Made by a program: the position numbers and the translations under genes
Part shown: positions 31,869 through 41,570 of the stretch, one piece after another
Numbering within the stretch: position 1 is the stretch's first letter
How the letters are laid out: every line of letters begins with the position of its first letter
Assembly: GCA_963723015.1 (NCBI GenBank)
Contig: CAVRPF010000027.1
Location: forward strand, 184,073-248,072
Length of the DNA: 64,000 nt
Source of the DNA: Bryobacterales bacterium
GTDB lineage: Bacteria > Acidobacteriota > Terriglobia > Bryobacterales > Bryobacteraceae
Direction of reading: 5' to 3'
Notes under the pieces: generated by a model
What the model was told of the DNA's origin: nothing
Seen by the model: the letters and a program-made list of their open reading frames with translations, nothing else
Databases searched by the model: none

Positions 31869-32047
31869 TGGAAGGTACAATCAAAATTAAGCTGGTCCGC
31901 AGTCCGATTTGCACTCCCGTGCATCATAAGCGCGTGGTCAAAGGGCTAGGGTTGCGTAAGCTTAACCAGATCGTGGTGCGGCCGGACACGCCGGTTTTCC
32001 GGGGCATGGTGAAGATGTGTCCGCACCTGTTACATATAGTGGAATAA
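31868..32047 (+). CDS. rpmD: 50S ribosomal protein L30 (59 aa; below the ORF-track cutoff)
   Basis: Hand translation gives [59 protein letters not shown]. The ATG overlaps the rpsE stop. Confidence 0.85.
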   Translation: MEGTIKIKLVRSPICTPVHHKRVVKGLGLRKLNQIVVRPDTPVFRGMVKMCPHLLHIVE

Positions 32048-32054
32048 AAGAATT

Positions 32055-32135
32055 GGGCCACGAATGAACACGAATTCACACGAATAAGAAAAACAAGGAC
32101 TGTGTTATTCGTGTTAATTCGTGTTCATTCGTGGC
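32055..32135. repeat. Family A palindromic intergenic element, copy 2 (rpmD|rplO)
   Basis: GGGCCACGAATGAACACGAATTCACACGAAT - loop - ATTCGTGTTAATTCGTGTTCATTCGTGGC. Confidence 0.9.
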
Positions 32136-32154
32136 TAATTAAGGTTTTGACTTT

Positions 32155-32610
32155 ATGAATCTCAGCGATTTACGACCGCCCGCCGGCCAGACCAAACCCC
32201 GCAAGCGCGTGGGCCGCGGCATGGGCTCGGGTACCGGCAAATACTCCACGCGCGGCGCCAAGGGCCAGCGTTCCATCTCTGGGTTCGGCCAGAAACGCGG
32301 GTTTGAAGGCGGCCAGATGCCGCTGCATCGCCGCCTTCCGAAGCGCGGCTTTACCAATATCTTTAAGAAGCAGTTCGCTATTGTGAACCTGGGCAGCCTC
32401 GAAAAACTCGAGGGCGACGCATTCGACGGCGCCCGGCTGATGCAACTCGGCGTGATCAAAAAGCTGCACGATGGCCTCAAGATTTTGGGCGGCGGCGAAT
32501 TGACGCGCAAGATCACGGTGGAGGCCCATCACTTTTCGAAGTCGGCATTGGATAAGATCCAGAAAGCCGGCGGAACGGCCCAGACTATCGGCGCGGCTGG
32601 CGAACCGTAG
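32155..32610 (+). CDS. rplO: 50S ribosomal protein L15
   Basis: MNLSDLRPPAGQTKPRKRVGRGMGSGTGKYSTRGAKGQ. Confidence 0.95.
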   Translation: MNLSDLRPPAGQTKPRKRVGRGMGSGTGKYSTRGAKGQRSISGFGQKRGFEGGQMPLHRRLPKRGFTNIFKKQFAIVNLGSLEKLEGDAFDGARLMQLGVIKKLHDGLKILGGGELTRKITVEAHHFSKSALDKIQKAGGTAQTIGAAGEP

Positions 32611-32625
32611 CGCCGGAAGGGAACC

Positions 32626-34030
32626 ATGGTTCAGAAGTTTATAGAAGCGTTCGCGAACATCTTTCGCATTCCCGATCTGCGCAAGCGGCTCATGTTCACG
32701 CTGGGCCTGCTGGCGGTATACCGTCTGGGAAGCCAGGTGCCCACGCCCGGCATCAACGTGCAGAAATGGGAAACCATTTTCAGCTCGGCGGCGGGATCTA
32801 TCTTCGGGTTCTTCGATCTGTTCGCCGGCGGCAATATCCGCAAGCTCACCATCTTCGCGCTGGGCATCATGCCGTACATTACGGCATCCATCATTTTGCA
32901 GTTGCTCACGGTAGTCGTTCCGACGCTTGAAAAGCTCCAGAAGGAGGGCGAACTCGGCCGCCGCAAGATCACGCAGTGGACCCGTTACCTCACGATTATT
33001 CTTTCGGTCATCCAATCCTTCGGCATCTCCCAGGCGCTCATGGGTATGCAGCAGGGCGTGGTGATCGACCCCGGGTTCGGCTTCGTGCTGCTGACCATCC
33101 TTTCGCTCACCACCGGATCGGCGTTCATCATGTGGCTGGGCGAACAGATCACCGAACGCGGCGTGGGTAATGGCATGTCGTTGATCATCTTCACCGGAAT
33201 CGTGGTCGGCCTGCCGCGACGCGATCGGCAGCATCTACACCAACGTGTTCGTCACGCGCGAATGGAATGCGCTGCAACTGATCCTGCTGGTGATCATGAT
33301 GATCGCGGTGGTTGCGTTCATCGTGCTGGTAGAGCGGGGCGAACGGCGGATCCCGGTACAATACGCCAAGCGCGTCATCGGCCGCCGGGTCATGGGCGGG
33401 CAGTCCACGCACATGCCGCTCAAAGTCAACGCGGGCGGGGTGATTCCGGTAATTTTCGCATCTTCGATTCTGGCGTTTCCACAAACGCTCACGCAAGTGG
33501 GTGTGGTGAAGAGTATGCCCTGGGCCATGAACACGTTGAAGAATATTCAACATGGCATGCCGTTATATTACGTGTTGTTCGTGACCGGCATTATCTTTTT
33601 CTGCTTCTTCTACGTTTCCATTATTTTCAATCCTAATGAAGCCGCGGACAATATGCGCAAGTACGGCGGCTTCATACCGGGAATCCGTCCGGGGCGTAAC
33701 ACGGCCGACTACATGAACCAGGTGCTCACCAAGATTACGGTGGTGGGCGGTATTTACCTCTCGATTCTCTGCCTGATCCCGGACATCATGATTTCGGGGA
33801 TCAAGCTGCAAACGCTGCCCCTGGTCGGGGGATGGATCGATGCTCATTTCCCGCGCGCGATTCTGGACGGGATGGGCGTGAATTTTTACTTCGGCGGCAC
33901 CTCGCTGTTGATCGTAGTGGGCGTGGCCATGGATACGGTCAACCAGATCGAAGCCCAGCTTATCATGCGCCACTACGAAGGCTTTACCCCGCGGTCGGGG
34001 CGGATACGCGGGCGCAGGAGCTCCTTCTAA
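32626..34030 (+). CDS. secY: Preprotein translocase subunit SecY; 1 frameshift (~33215)
   Basis: IPDLRKRLMFTL, FALGIMPYITASII, GNGMSLIIF, then REWNALQLILL...IPVQYAKR in a second frame. Confidence 0.9.
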
Positions 34031-34708
34031 TTGGTGAAAGCCATTGTTTTATTCGGTTCGCCCGGATCTGGCAAAGGCACCCAGGCGAAGCTCCTGAAAG
34101 CGCGGCTTCAGGTTCCTCACATCTCGACTGGCGATATGCTGCGGGCGCGAATTGCGCAAGGAACGGAATTGGGCGAGAGAGTAGCGGCCAAAATGCACGC
34201 GGGAGTGCTGGTTTTGGACGAGGTAGTGAATGAAATGGTCGCGGAGCGGCTCGATCAACCAGATGCAGCGCAGGGATTTATTTTGGACGGTTATCCGCGT
34301 ACCATCCCGCAGGCGCAATTCCTGGGCGATTGGCTGGACGGGCGCGGCATCGCCGAGGTGGTGATTCATCTCGCAGTCGATTACAATAGTATTATCGACC
34401 GGTTGACTGGACGCCGCCAGTGCCCCCGCTGTGGAACTCTATACAATATGGCCTCCCGGCCGCCCAAGTGCGACGGATTGTGCGATCTGGATGGAGAGAG
34501 GCTGGCGATTCGCGACGACGACCGCGAGGAAGTGATTCGTAAGCGGTTGAACGAGTATGAGCGCCAGACGCGGCCGGTGCTCGAGTATTACCGGTGCGCC
34601 GGCAGGCGGCTGTTGGAAGTGGATGCGAGCTCCGATCCGCCGGAAGCGGTGTTTCAAAAGATTTGCCAGGCCATAGACATACATGATCGTGCGCAAGACG
34701 CAAGCTGA
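34031..34708 (+). CDS. adk: Adenylate kinase with Cys4-type zinc lid
   Basis: GSPGSGKGTQAK, ILDGYPRT and CPRCGTLYN...CDGLCDLDGERL. TTG or GTG start. Confidence 0.9.
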   Translation: MVKAIVLFGSPGSGKGTQAKLLKARLQVPHISTGDMLRARIAQGTELGERVAAKMHAGVLVLDEVVNEMVAERLDQPDAAQGFILDGYPRTIPQAQFLGDWLDGRGIAEVVIHLAVDYNSIIDRLTGRRQCPRCGTLYNMASRPPKCDGLCDLDGERLAIRDDDREEVIRKRLNEYERQTRPVLEYYRCAGRRLLEVDASSDPPEAVFQKICQAIDIHDRAQDAS

Positions 34709-35453
34709 ACTGGAGAAGATGCGGCGCAGCGGCATGCTTGTTTATCGGTTGCTGGAGAGGTTGAAGGAAATGGCGGTGGAAGGGTGCTCCACGATGGAGC
34801 TGGAAATCGCCGCCGAGAAGATGATCGCCGATGCCGGCGCGCGGCCCGCTTTCAAGGGGTATTATGTTCCGGCTGCAGGCGAGACGTATAAGTTTGCGTT
34901 GTGTACTTCGGTGAACAACGAGGTGATTCATGGGATGCCGAATCCCAAGCGCACCCTGAAGAAGGGCGACATTCTCTCGATTGACACCGGCGTGAAGCTG
35001 GATGGGTATTACGGCGATTCGGCCGTTACGCTTCCAGTAGGCGAAGTGAGCGAGGCGACAAAGAAACTGCTGCGGGTGACGTTGGAATCGCTCGAGCTCG
35101 CCATTGACCGGGTTCGCAATGGCAACCGGCTGTTCGATGTTTGCGGAACGGTGGAACAGCACGTGAAGGCGAACGGATTTTCGATTGTACGGGAGTTTGT
35201 GGGCCATGGCATCGGCACGCAGCTTCATGAAGAGCCGCAGGTTCCTAATTACGTGGACCGCCGCAATGAAAATCCACGGCTGAAACCGGGGATGGTGCTG
35301 GCGGTGGAACCGATGGTATGCGCCGGTAAGCCGGACACTGTGGTATTGAAAGACCGCTGGACGGCGGTGACCAAGGATGGGTCGAATTCGGCTCACTTCG
35401 AGCACTGCATCGCGGTTACTGAGAATGGGCCGTGGGTATTGACAAGGCCGTAA
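34683..35453 (+). CDS. map: Type I methionine aminopeptidase
   Basis: VIHGMP, DTGVKLDGYYGDSA, VGHGIG, LAVEPM and AHFEHCIAVT. Confidence 0.9.
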   Translation: MIVRKTQAELEKMRRSGMLVYRLLERLKEMAVEGCSTMELEIAAEKMIADAGARPAFKGYYVPAAGETYKFALCTSVNNEVIHGMPNPKRTLKKGDILSIDTGVKLDGYYGDSAVTLPVGEVSEATKKLLRVTLESLELAIDRVRNGNRLFDVCGTVEQHVKANGFSIVREFVGHGIGTQLHEEPQVPNYVDRRNENPRLKPGMVLAVEPMVCAGKPDTVVLKDRWTAVTKDGSNSAHFEHCIAVTENGPWVLTRP

Positions 35454-35459
35454 GAAACT

Positions 35460-35534
35460 GGGCCACGAATGAACGCGAATAGACACGAATAAATCGGCTA
35501 TTCTTATTCGTGTTCATTGGTGTTCATTCGTGGC
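35460..35534. repeat. Family A palindromic intergenic element, copy 3 (map|rpmJ), more diverged
   Basis: GGGCCACGAATGAACGCGAATAGACACGAAT - loop - ATTCGTGTTCATTGGTGTTCATTCGTGGC. Confidence 0.85.
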
Positions 35535-35552
35535 TGAAATGGGTTAGATTTT

Positions 35553-35666
35553 ATGAAAGTTCGAGCGTCGGTGAAGAAGATTTGCGATAAATGCAAGGTG
35601 ATCCATCGCGAGGGCGTGGTGCGGGTCATCTGCGTAAACCCGAAACATAAACAGAGGCAGGGATAA
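35553..35666 (+). CDS. rpmJ: 50S ribosomal protein L36 (37 aa)
   Basis: Hand translation gives [37 protein letters not shown]. Confidence 0.9.
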   Translation: MKVRASVKKICDKCKVIHREGVVRVICVNPKHKQRQG

Positions 35667-35670
35667 CCAT

Positions 35671-36057
35671 ATGGCGCGTATTGCAGGCGTGGATTTGCCG
35701 GCAGCCAAGAGATCTGAGATCGGGCTGACTTATATCTACGGGGTGGGCCGTACCCGCTCCCGCTCGCTCCTTTACCGGGCCGGTATCGATTTCGATAAGA
35801 AGATCAGGGACCTGACTGAAGACGAGGTGAACAAGGTCCGTCAGATTTTGGAAGAGGAAGGCGCCGTAGAAGGCGACCTTCGCAAGGAAATCTCGATGAA
35901 CATCAAGCGTCACATCGAGATGGGATCGTATCGAGGCCTGCGGCACCGCCGCGGCCTGCCGGTACGCGGCCAGCGCACTCACACTAACGCCCGCACCCGC
36001 AAGGGACCGCGCCGCGGCACGGTGGCCAATAAGAAGAAGGCGACGGGTAAGACATAA
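35671..36057 (+). CDS. rpsM: 30S ribosomal protein S13
   Basis: [10 protein letters not shown]...[23 protein letters not shown]. Confidence 0.95.
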   Translation: MARIAGVDLPAAKRSEIGLTYIYGVGRTRSRSLLYRAGIDFDKKIRDLTEDEVNKVRQILEEEGAVEGDLRKEISMNIKRHIEMGSYRGLRHRRGLPVRGQRTHTNARTRKGPRRGTVANKKKATGKT

Positions 36058-36488
36058 TGGCAAAGGCAGCCGCAAAATCAGCCGCAAAAGCACCCGCAAA
36101 GGGCGGCAAGAAGAAGAGTTTCAAGAAGAAGGAAAAGCGCGTCGTCCATTCGGGCATCGTGCATATCCAGGCGACGTTTAACAACACCATCGTGACCATC
36201 GCCGATCAGGAAGGCCATACTATCGCCTGGTCGAGCGCGGGTTCGCTGGGATTCCGCGGATCGCGCAAAGGCACCCCGTTCGCCGCTCAACAGGCGGCCA
36301 TGACGGCGGCCAATAAAGCCGGCGAGAGCGGCTTGCGTACCGTGGAAGTGCGGATCAGCGGACCCGGATCGGGCCGCGAATCGGCCGTGCGCGCCCTGGC
36401 TACGGCGGGTATCGAAGTGCGGTCTATCAAGGATGTGACTCCGATTCCCCACAACGGGTGCCGGCCGCCCAAGAAGCGGAGAGTCTAA
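36057..36488 (+). CDS. rpsK: 30S ribosomal protein S11
   Basis: [18 protein letters not shown]...[14 protein letters not shown]. Confidence 0.95.
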   Translation: MAKAAAKSAAKAPAKGGKKKSFKKKEKRVVHSGIVHIQATFNNTIVTIADQEGHTIAWSSAGSLGFRGSRKGTPFAAQQAAMTAANKAGESGLRTVEVRISGPGSGRESAVRALATAGIEVRSIKDVTPIPHNGCRPPKKRRV

Positions 36489-36494
36489 AGAATT

Positions 36495-36575
36495 GGGCCA
36501 CGAATGAACACGAATAAACACGAATCAGAAGACTCCTGTTTTATTCGTGTCTCATTGCGTGTTCAGTTCGTGGCC
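36495..36575. repeat. Family A palindromic intergenic element, copy 4 (rpsK|rpsD)
   Basis: GGGCCACGAATGAACACGAATAAACACGAAT - loop - ATTCGTGTCTCATTGCGTGTTCAGTTCGTGGCC. Confidence 0.85.
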
Positions 36576-36609
36576 AAACGGATTTCTTGTAAGGTAAGGA
36601 GAGAGACAT

Positions 36610-37242
36610 TTGGCAAGATATATTGGCCCGGTTTGCCGGCAATGCCGGCGCGAGGGCATGAAGCTTTATCTCAAGGGCGAGCGTTGCCACACCGAAAAGT
36701 GCGCCATCGAAAAGCGCAACTTCGTCCCCGGGCAGCACGGTAAGGATCGCAAGCAGAAAATCGTCGGCTACGGTCTGCAGCTTCGTGAAAAGCAGAAGGT
36801 CCGCCGCATTTATGGCGTGCTGGAAGCGCAGTTCCGCGGCGCTTATGAAAAGGCCGCGGCGGCCAAAGGCATTACCGGCGAAAATCTGATGTCCGGCCTG
36901 GAGCGCCGTCTGGATAGCGTGCTCTACCGCATGGGCTTTGGCTCCAGCCGCGCTCAATCGCGCCAGATTGTGCGCCACGGTCACGTCGACGTCAACGGAC
37001 GCAAGTGCAATATTCCCTCGGCGCAAGTGAAAATCGGGGACGTGGTATCGGTCCGCGAATCGAGCAAAAACAATCCGGCTATTCTTAGCTCGCGCGACGC
37101 CACGGCTCACGCGCCCGCGCCCAACTGGATCGATGTGGACCGGGAAGGTTTAAAGGGACGCATCACCAGCCTGCCGCAACGCAGCGATCTGGTGCAGATC
37201 CAATTGAACGAGCAACTCATCGTCGAACTGTATTCGAAGTAG
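36610..37242 (+). CDS. rpsD: 30S ribosomal protein S4 (Cys4 form)
   Basis: ARYIGPVCRQCRREGMKLYLKGERCHTEKC. TTG start. Confidence 0.95.
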   Translation: MARYIGPVCRQCRREGMKLYLKGERCHTEKCAIEKRNFVPGQHGKDRKQKIVGYGLQLREKQKVRRIYGVLEAQFRGAYEKAAAAKGITGENLMSGLERRLDSVLYRMGFGSSRAQSRQIVRHGHVDVNGRKCNIPSAQVKIGDVVSVRESSKNNPAILSSRDATAHAPAPNWIDVDREGLKGRITSLPQRSDLVQIQLNEQLIVELYSK

Positions 37243-37275
37243 CGGCCGGAGATCGCCGGCCTTTTGAGGACATTT

Positions 37276-38325
37276 ATGTTTAAGGGATTCCAGAAACCCA
37301 AGCGTTTAGTATCCAATACCGAAACCCTTACGGAACGGTATGGAATGTTTACCGCCCAGCCGTTTCAACGCGGCTTCGGCACAACCATCGGCAACAGCCT
37401 GCGCCGCGTCCTGTTGAGCTCCATTGAAGGCGCGGCCATCACCGCCGTGCGCATCGAAGGCGTAGAGCACGAATTCAGCCCCATTCCGGGCGTGGTCGAG
37501 GACGCAACCGATATCATCCTCAACCTCAAGCAGATTCCATTCAAGATCATGGGCGAGGGAATCAAGACCGTGCGTTTGAACATCGATCGCCAGGGCGATG
37601 TCCGCAGCGGCCAGATAGAGACCGACGCCGATGTCGAAGTGCTCGACCGCGACGTACACGTCGCTACCGTCAGCGAAGGCGGCAAGCTTTCTATCGAGAT
37701 GCGTCTCAAGAGCGGCCGCGGCTACGTCAGCGCCGACAAGAACTTCGACGAGGATCTGGCGCTCGGATATATTCCGATCGACTCGGTTCATTCGCCCGTG
37801 CGCAAAGTGAACTTCGCGGTGGAGGCCGCGCGCCTGGGCCAGATGACCGATTACGACAAGCTGACCCTGGAAGTCTGGACCAATGGCGCGGTTTCGCCGC
37901 AGGATGCCATCGGCTACGCCGCCAAGCTGCTCAAAGACCACATGACGATCTTCATCAATTTCGAAGAAGTCGCCGAGCAGACCGAAGAGGTATCCGAGCG
38001 CGGCATGGACAAGATCAACGAGGTGCTCAACCGCTCTGTGGAAGAGCTGGAATTGAGCGTGCGCTCGTATAACTGCCTCAAGAACGCCAATATCCAGACT
38101 ATCGGCGAATTGGTGCAAAAGAGCGAAGCCGAGATGCTGCGCACCAAGAATTTCGGCCGCAAGTCGCTCAACGAAATCAAGGAGATCCTTACCAATATGG
38201 GGCTCTCTTTGGGTATGCGCATCGACGCCCATGGCCGCCTGGTAGCGCCGCCGCCGCCCCCGCCCGGCTCGGTTCCCGATTACAGCCTCGCCGACGAACT
38301 GGATCAGGACCAGATCGGGGAATAG
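37276..38325 (+). CDS. rpoA: DNA-directed RNA polymerase alpha subunit
   Basis: [31 protein letters not shown]...[23 protein letters not shown]. It has a proline-rich acidic tail. Confidence 0.95.
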   Translation: MFKGFQKPKRLVSNTETLTERYGMFTAQPFQRGFGTTIGNSLRRVLLSSIEGAAITAVRIEGVEHEFSPIPGVVEDATDIILNLKQIPFKIMGEGIKTVRLNIDRQGDVRSGQIETDADVEVLDRDVHVATVSEGGKLSIEMRLKSGRGYVSADKNFDEDLALGYIPIDSVHSPVRKVNFAVEAARLGQMTDYDKLTLEVWTNGAVSPQDAIGYAAKLLKDHMTIFINFEEVAEQTEEVSERGMDKINEVLNRSVEELELSVRSYNCLKNANIQTIGELVQKSEAEMLRTKNFGRKSLNEIKEILTNMGLSLGMRIDAHGRLVAPPPPPPGSVPDYSLADELDQDQIGE

Positions 38326-38330
38326 CATCC

Positions 38331-38783
38331 ATGAGACACAAGGTTGCCGGATACAAACTCAAGCGGCCGGTGGATAGCCGCAATGCGCTCCTGCGCAATC
38401 TCGTCACCAGCGTGATTCAGGAAGAGCGCATCGTCACCACCGTGCCCAAAGCCAAGGCGGTGCGCCCGCTGGTGGAGAAGATGATCACGCTGGCGAAGAA
38501 GGACACGCTGCACACGCGCCGCCAGGCGGCCATGGTGCTGCGTACCCCGGGCTCGCTCAAGAAGCTGTTCGATACCCTGGGCACGCGCTTCGGCCAGCGC
38601 CCGGGCGGCTACACCCGCATCACGCGCCTGGGCCCGCGCAAGGGCGATGGGGCCGAGCAGGCCATTTTGGAGTTGGTGGGTTCCGAACTGGTGAAGCGCG
38701 CTGCCGACCGCGCCAAGCGCCGCGAAGAGCGGCTCAAAGCGCAGCGGGAAGGCCGCGAGGAAGAGGAACCTAAAGAAGAATAG
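38331..38783 (+). CDS. rplQ: 50S ribosomal protein L17 with a K/E-rich tail
   Basis: MRHKVAGYKLKRPVDSRNALLRNL...GGYTRITRLGPRKGD. Confidence 0.95.
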   Translation: MRHKVAGYKLKRPVDSRNALLRNLVTSVIQEERIVTTVPKAKAVRPLVEKMITLAKKDTLHTRRQAAMVLRTPGSLKKLFDTLGTRFGQRPGGYTRITRLGPRKGDGAEQAILELVGSELVKRAADRAKRREERLKAQREGREEEEPKEE

Positions 38784-38838
38784 TCTGCGCGTGGCCAGCC
38801 GGCCTTGGCGGTCGATGTGATGTGTCCGGTGGCAGGGG

Positions 38839-39366
38839 TCAGGCCAACATCCCGCTCGCCGCGATGGCAACGCCGGTGATTCCCGCGACGATTCCAATGA
38901 CCGGGAACATCGGCTTGCGCGAAATGAAGTACATCGAGCTTAAGACGAGCGCAATCTCCAGCAGGCCCTCTCCGAAATCGTAGCGCAGCGCCCGGTTTTC
39001 CGCCGCTTCGGCTGCGTGACTGTCGCGATCCGCTTCGGCCTGAATATCCTTTGCCTGTTTGTCATACTTTTTCATCTGCGACGCCGTGTCCGCCAGCATG
39101 GCGTCGGCCGCGCCACTCTTCGCGCCGAAAACCTTGACCAGAGTCTGTCCCAGTTCCAGATTGTGATACTTCATTCGCGTAGCCTGATAGTGTGCCCAAG
39201 CGTCGTTGGCGGAGGACTTGGAGATGATGGCGGCGGTGTGCGTGCGATGCGAAGCGATGGTCACAATAGCTAACGCAACTGCCAGGATTGCCGCCAGGAT
39301 ACCGACTTTCTGGCCGGTGGGGTCCGTCTTGTGTTCGCTCTCATGATGGATTTCGAGTTCAGCCAT
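38839..39366 (-). CDS. DUF4337-like membrane protein
   Basis: MAELEIHHESEHKTDPTGQKVGILAAILAVALAI...NDAWAHYQATRMKYH... with a C-terminal transmembrane segment. The pattern matches my memory of DUF4337. Confidence 0.55.
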   Translation of the reverse strand: MAELEIHHESEHKTDPTGQKVGILAAILAVALAIVTIASHRTHTAAIISKSSANDAWAHYQATRMKYHNLELGQTLVKVFGAKSGAADAMLADTASQMKKYDKQAKDIQAEADRDSHAAEAAENRALRYDFGEGLLEIALVLSSMYFISRKPMFPVIGIVAGITGVAIAASGMLA

Positions 39367-39400
39367 AGGAAAATTCCGTGCAAATTCCGTATTATAGCGA

Positions 39401-39883
39401 GTGTCCCTGCACGAGTCCTTTATGCGGGAAGCCATTGCGTTGGCGCGGGCAGCGGCGGCTGCGGGAGAAGTTCCGGTAGGCGCGGTAGTGGAGTTGGCCG
39501 GCGAGATTGCCGGAAGGGGCGCAAATTCGCCTATCTCGCGCAACGATCCCACGGCGCACGCCGAGATTCTCGCGCTGCGCGAAGCCGCCGCCCGGCTCGG
39601 TAACTATCGTTTGGAGAATGCGACGCTTTACTGCACGCTCGAGCCGTGCGCGATGTGCGCCGGAGCGCTGGTGGCCGCGCGTATCCAATGCGTAGTTTTC
39701 GCCGCGCGGGATTTGCGTTTCGGCGGAATCCGTAGCAAGTTTCAGATCGCGGATTCCGGCGTATTGAACCACAAAGTGGAGGTCGTTGAAGGCGTGTTGG
39801 CGGTGGAATGCGTCGAACTTCTGCGGAAGTTCTTCGAGCGCAAGCGCGAACAACTATCGCAGCAACGCCTCCGCGCCACGTAA
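39401..39883 (+). CDS. tadA: tRNA adenosine(34) deaminase
   Basis: Deaminase zinc motifs HAEILAL and LEPCAMCAGAL. Confidence 0.85.
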   Translation: MSLHESFMREAIALARAAAAAGEVPVGAVVELAGEIAGRGANSPISRNDPTAHAEILALREAAARLGNYRLENATLYCTLEPCAMCAGALVAARIQCVVFAARDLRFGGIRSKFQIADSGVLNHKVEVVEGVLAVECVELLRKFFERKREQLSQQRLRAT

Positions 39884-40627
39884 GATCAGCGCCGCGCCGG
39901 CTATTCCGGAAGTCGCCGCCAGGAATACCTGCCTTGCCCCGTACCTCCTCCACTCTTCATTCAGGGCATGGCGCCCCAAATAACATAACCAGCCGGCCGC
40001 GGCTCCCAAAGGGTAGCTGACCCACAGGGTACCCAAGGACGGCGCCAGCCATAAGCCAAGGGCGCCCCCCGCCAGTGTAGCCCCTTCGGCCAAAGCGGCG
40101 CAGGCCAGCGCGGACCCGCGGGATTTCATGGAGGCCAGGAGAATTCCGCCAAGGGCAATACCCTCCGGGACTTTGTGCAATGCAATCGCAAGAGGCGCCG
40201 CGAGCCGCAGTCCTAATGGGCCGGCCGATTGCGCCGTGGCAATGCTCCAACCATCGAGAAAGCTATGCACTGTGGCCGCGGCTAGCAAAGGAACGGCAAA
40301 GCCATGCAATTCAGCGGAACACGATGCAAGATCACGATCGTGCGAACATGCCGTGAATAAGGAATATCCGGAGCGATCCAAAAGAACCAGCAGGCTATAT
40401 CCCACGCCGGATACGAGGAGAGTCTTAACCCAGCCGAGATCTTTCGCCAACTCGGGTAACAGGCCGAAAAGCACCACACCCAACAACATGCCCGCGACCA
40501 GCGGAATCATGGGGCGCGTACGCTCGCGCATCCACGTCAGACGGATTCCCAGCGCAACACCAGCAACGCCGGCGACTGTTGCGAACGCAAGCGCCGCTAC
40601 GCCTGAGGTTATCCAAAGAGGGATCAA
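39854..40627 (-). CDS. ZIP-family divalent metal transporter
   Basis: Multi-pass membrane protein with HSFLDG and ALHKVPEGIALG, which are ZIP signature-like. Confidence 0.7.
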   Translation of the reverse strand: MIPLWITSGVAALAFATVAGVAGVALGIRLTWMRERTRPMIPLVAGMLLGVVLFGLLPELAKDLGWVKTLLVSGVGYSLLVLLDRSGYSLFTACSHDRDLASCSAELHGFAVPLLAAATVHSFLDGWSIATAQSAGPLGLRLAAPLAIALHKVPEGIALGGILLASMKSRGSALACAALAEGATLAGGALGLWLAPSLGTLWVSYPLGAAAGWLCYLGRHALNEEWRRYGARQVFLAATSGIAGAALILRGAEALLR

Positions 40628-40730
40628 ACCACCACTGTAGCAGCCGCGCGCGTTGCTAACTGACGCTGGAAATTCGGAGTTGGGGTCTTGGGTTTATCTG
40701 GTGACAGGTAATACAAAAGGCCGAGGAGTA

Positions 40731-40804
40731 TGGCTGGGACGCAGGGATTCGAACCCCGATACGCAGCTCCAGAGGCTGCAGTCTTACCGTTAGACGACGT
40801 CCCA
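40731..40804 (-). tRNA. tRNA-Gln (anticodon CTG), CCA encoded
   Basis: The reverse complement folds as a cloverleaf. Acceptor TGGGACG/CGTCCCA, D arm GTCT-AACGGTA-AGAC, anticodon arm GCAGC-CTCTGGA-GCTGC, T arm CGGGG-TTCGAAT-CCCTG, then G-CCA. Length 74 nt. Confidence 0.9.
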
Positions 40805-40814
40805 ACTGCGGACC

Positions 40815-40823
40815 ATTTTAGCA
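40815..40823 (-). promoter_or_regulatory. Possible extended -10 promoter (TGCTAAAAT) for tRNA-Gln
   Basis: The reverse complement reads TGCTAAAAT, ending about 10 nt upstream of the tRNA 5' end. No good -35 element. Confidence 0.35.
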
Positions 40824-40885
40824 AACGGGGCGTGTCGCGTGGATCGGGGCGTCGTGGATCGGGGCGCGGCGCGCCTCGGCGGTTA

Positions 40886-41551
40886 TTAACGCGCACTCAC
40901 CAAGCCGTCGCGTAGAATGATTCGACGGTCCGCGCACTCCGCCAGGGATTGCTCATGCGTCACCAGCACCATAGTCGCATTCTCTTCGCGGTGCAACGCC
41001 AGGATGAGCTCCAGAACCACCGCTCCGGTAGCGCTGTCCAGATTGCCGGTAGGCTCATCGGCGAGCAGTATCGGGGGGCGGAGCGCGAAGGCGCGCGCCA
41101 GGGCTACGCGTTGCTGCTCGCCACCCGAGAGTTGGACCGGGTAGTGTTCGAAGCGATCCTTCAGCCCCACGCGGGCCAGCAATTCGCGGGCGCGCGCCCG
41201 GCCGCCGCGGTCGCGCCCTGCCAGTTCCATCGGCAGCAGCACGTTCTCTTCAGCGGTAAGCGTGGAAATCAGGTGGTAAGACTGAAACACGAAGCCGATT
41301 TTCTGCCCGCGCAGCACGGCCATACGATCTTCGCTAAGCTGGGTAATATCCTCGCCATCGAGCAGCACTTGACCGGTGGTGGGGCTGTCGAGGCCCGCCA
41401 GGAGTCCGAGCAAAGTGCTTTTTCCACTGCCGGACGGCCCCATAATGGCGGCGAACTGGCCGCGTGGAATTTCCAGATCGATGCCTTTGAGAATTTCAAC
41501 ACGGTGCGTTCCCGTGTGAATGGATTTGGTGAGCCCACGGACCTGAATCAA
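40886..41551 (-). CDS. ABC transporter ATP-binding protein, YbbA/LolD-MacB-like
   Basis: GPSGSGKSTLL, LSGGEQQRVALARA and LLADEPTGNLD. It is divergent from a TesA-like gene, as in the E. coli tesA/ybbA pair. Confidence 0.85.
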   Translation of the reverse strand: MIQVRGLTKSIHTGTHRVEILKGIDLEIPRGQFAAIMGPSGSGKSTLLGLLAGLDSPTTGQVLLDGEDITQLSEDRMAVLRGQKIGFVFQSYHLISTLTAEENVLLPMELAGRDRGGRARARELLARVGLKDRFEHYPVQLSGGEQQRVALARAFALRPPILLADEPTGNLDSATGAVVLELILALHREENATMVLVTHEQSLAECADRRIILRDGLVSAR

Positions 41552-41570
41552 CTTTTATTATGGCATTGGG

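Noticed and set aside
40731-40804. Whether tRNA-Gln is an integration site of a genomic island.
   Set aside because: There is no integrase. I saw no partial tRNA 3'-end direct repeat nearby, and the flanking genes are ordinary housekeeping genes.
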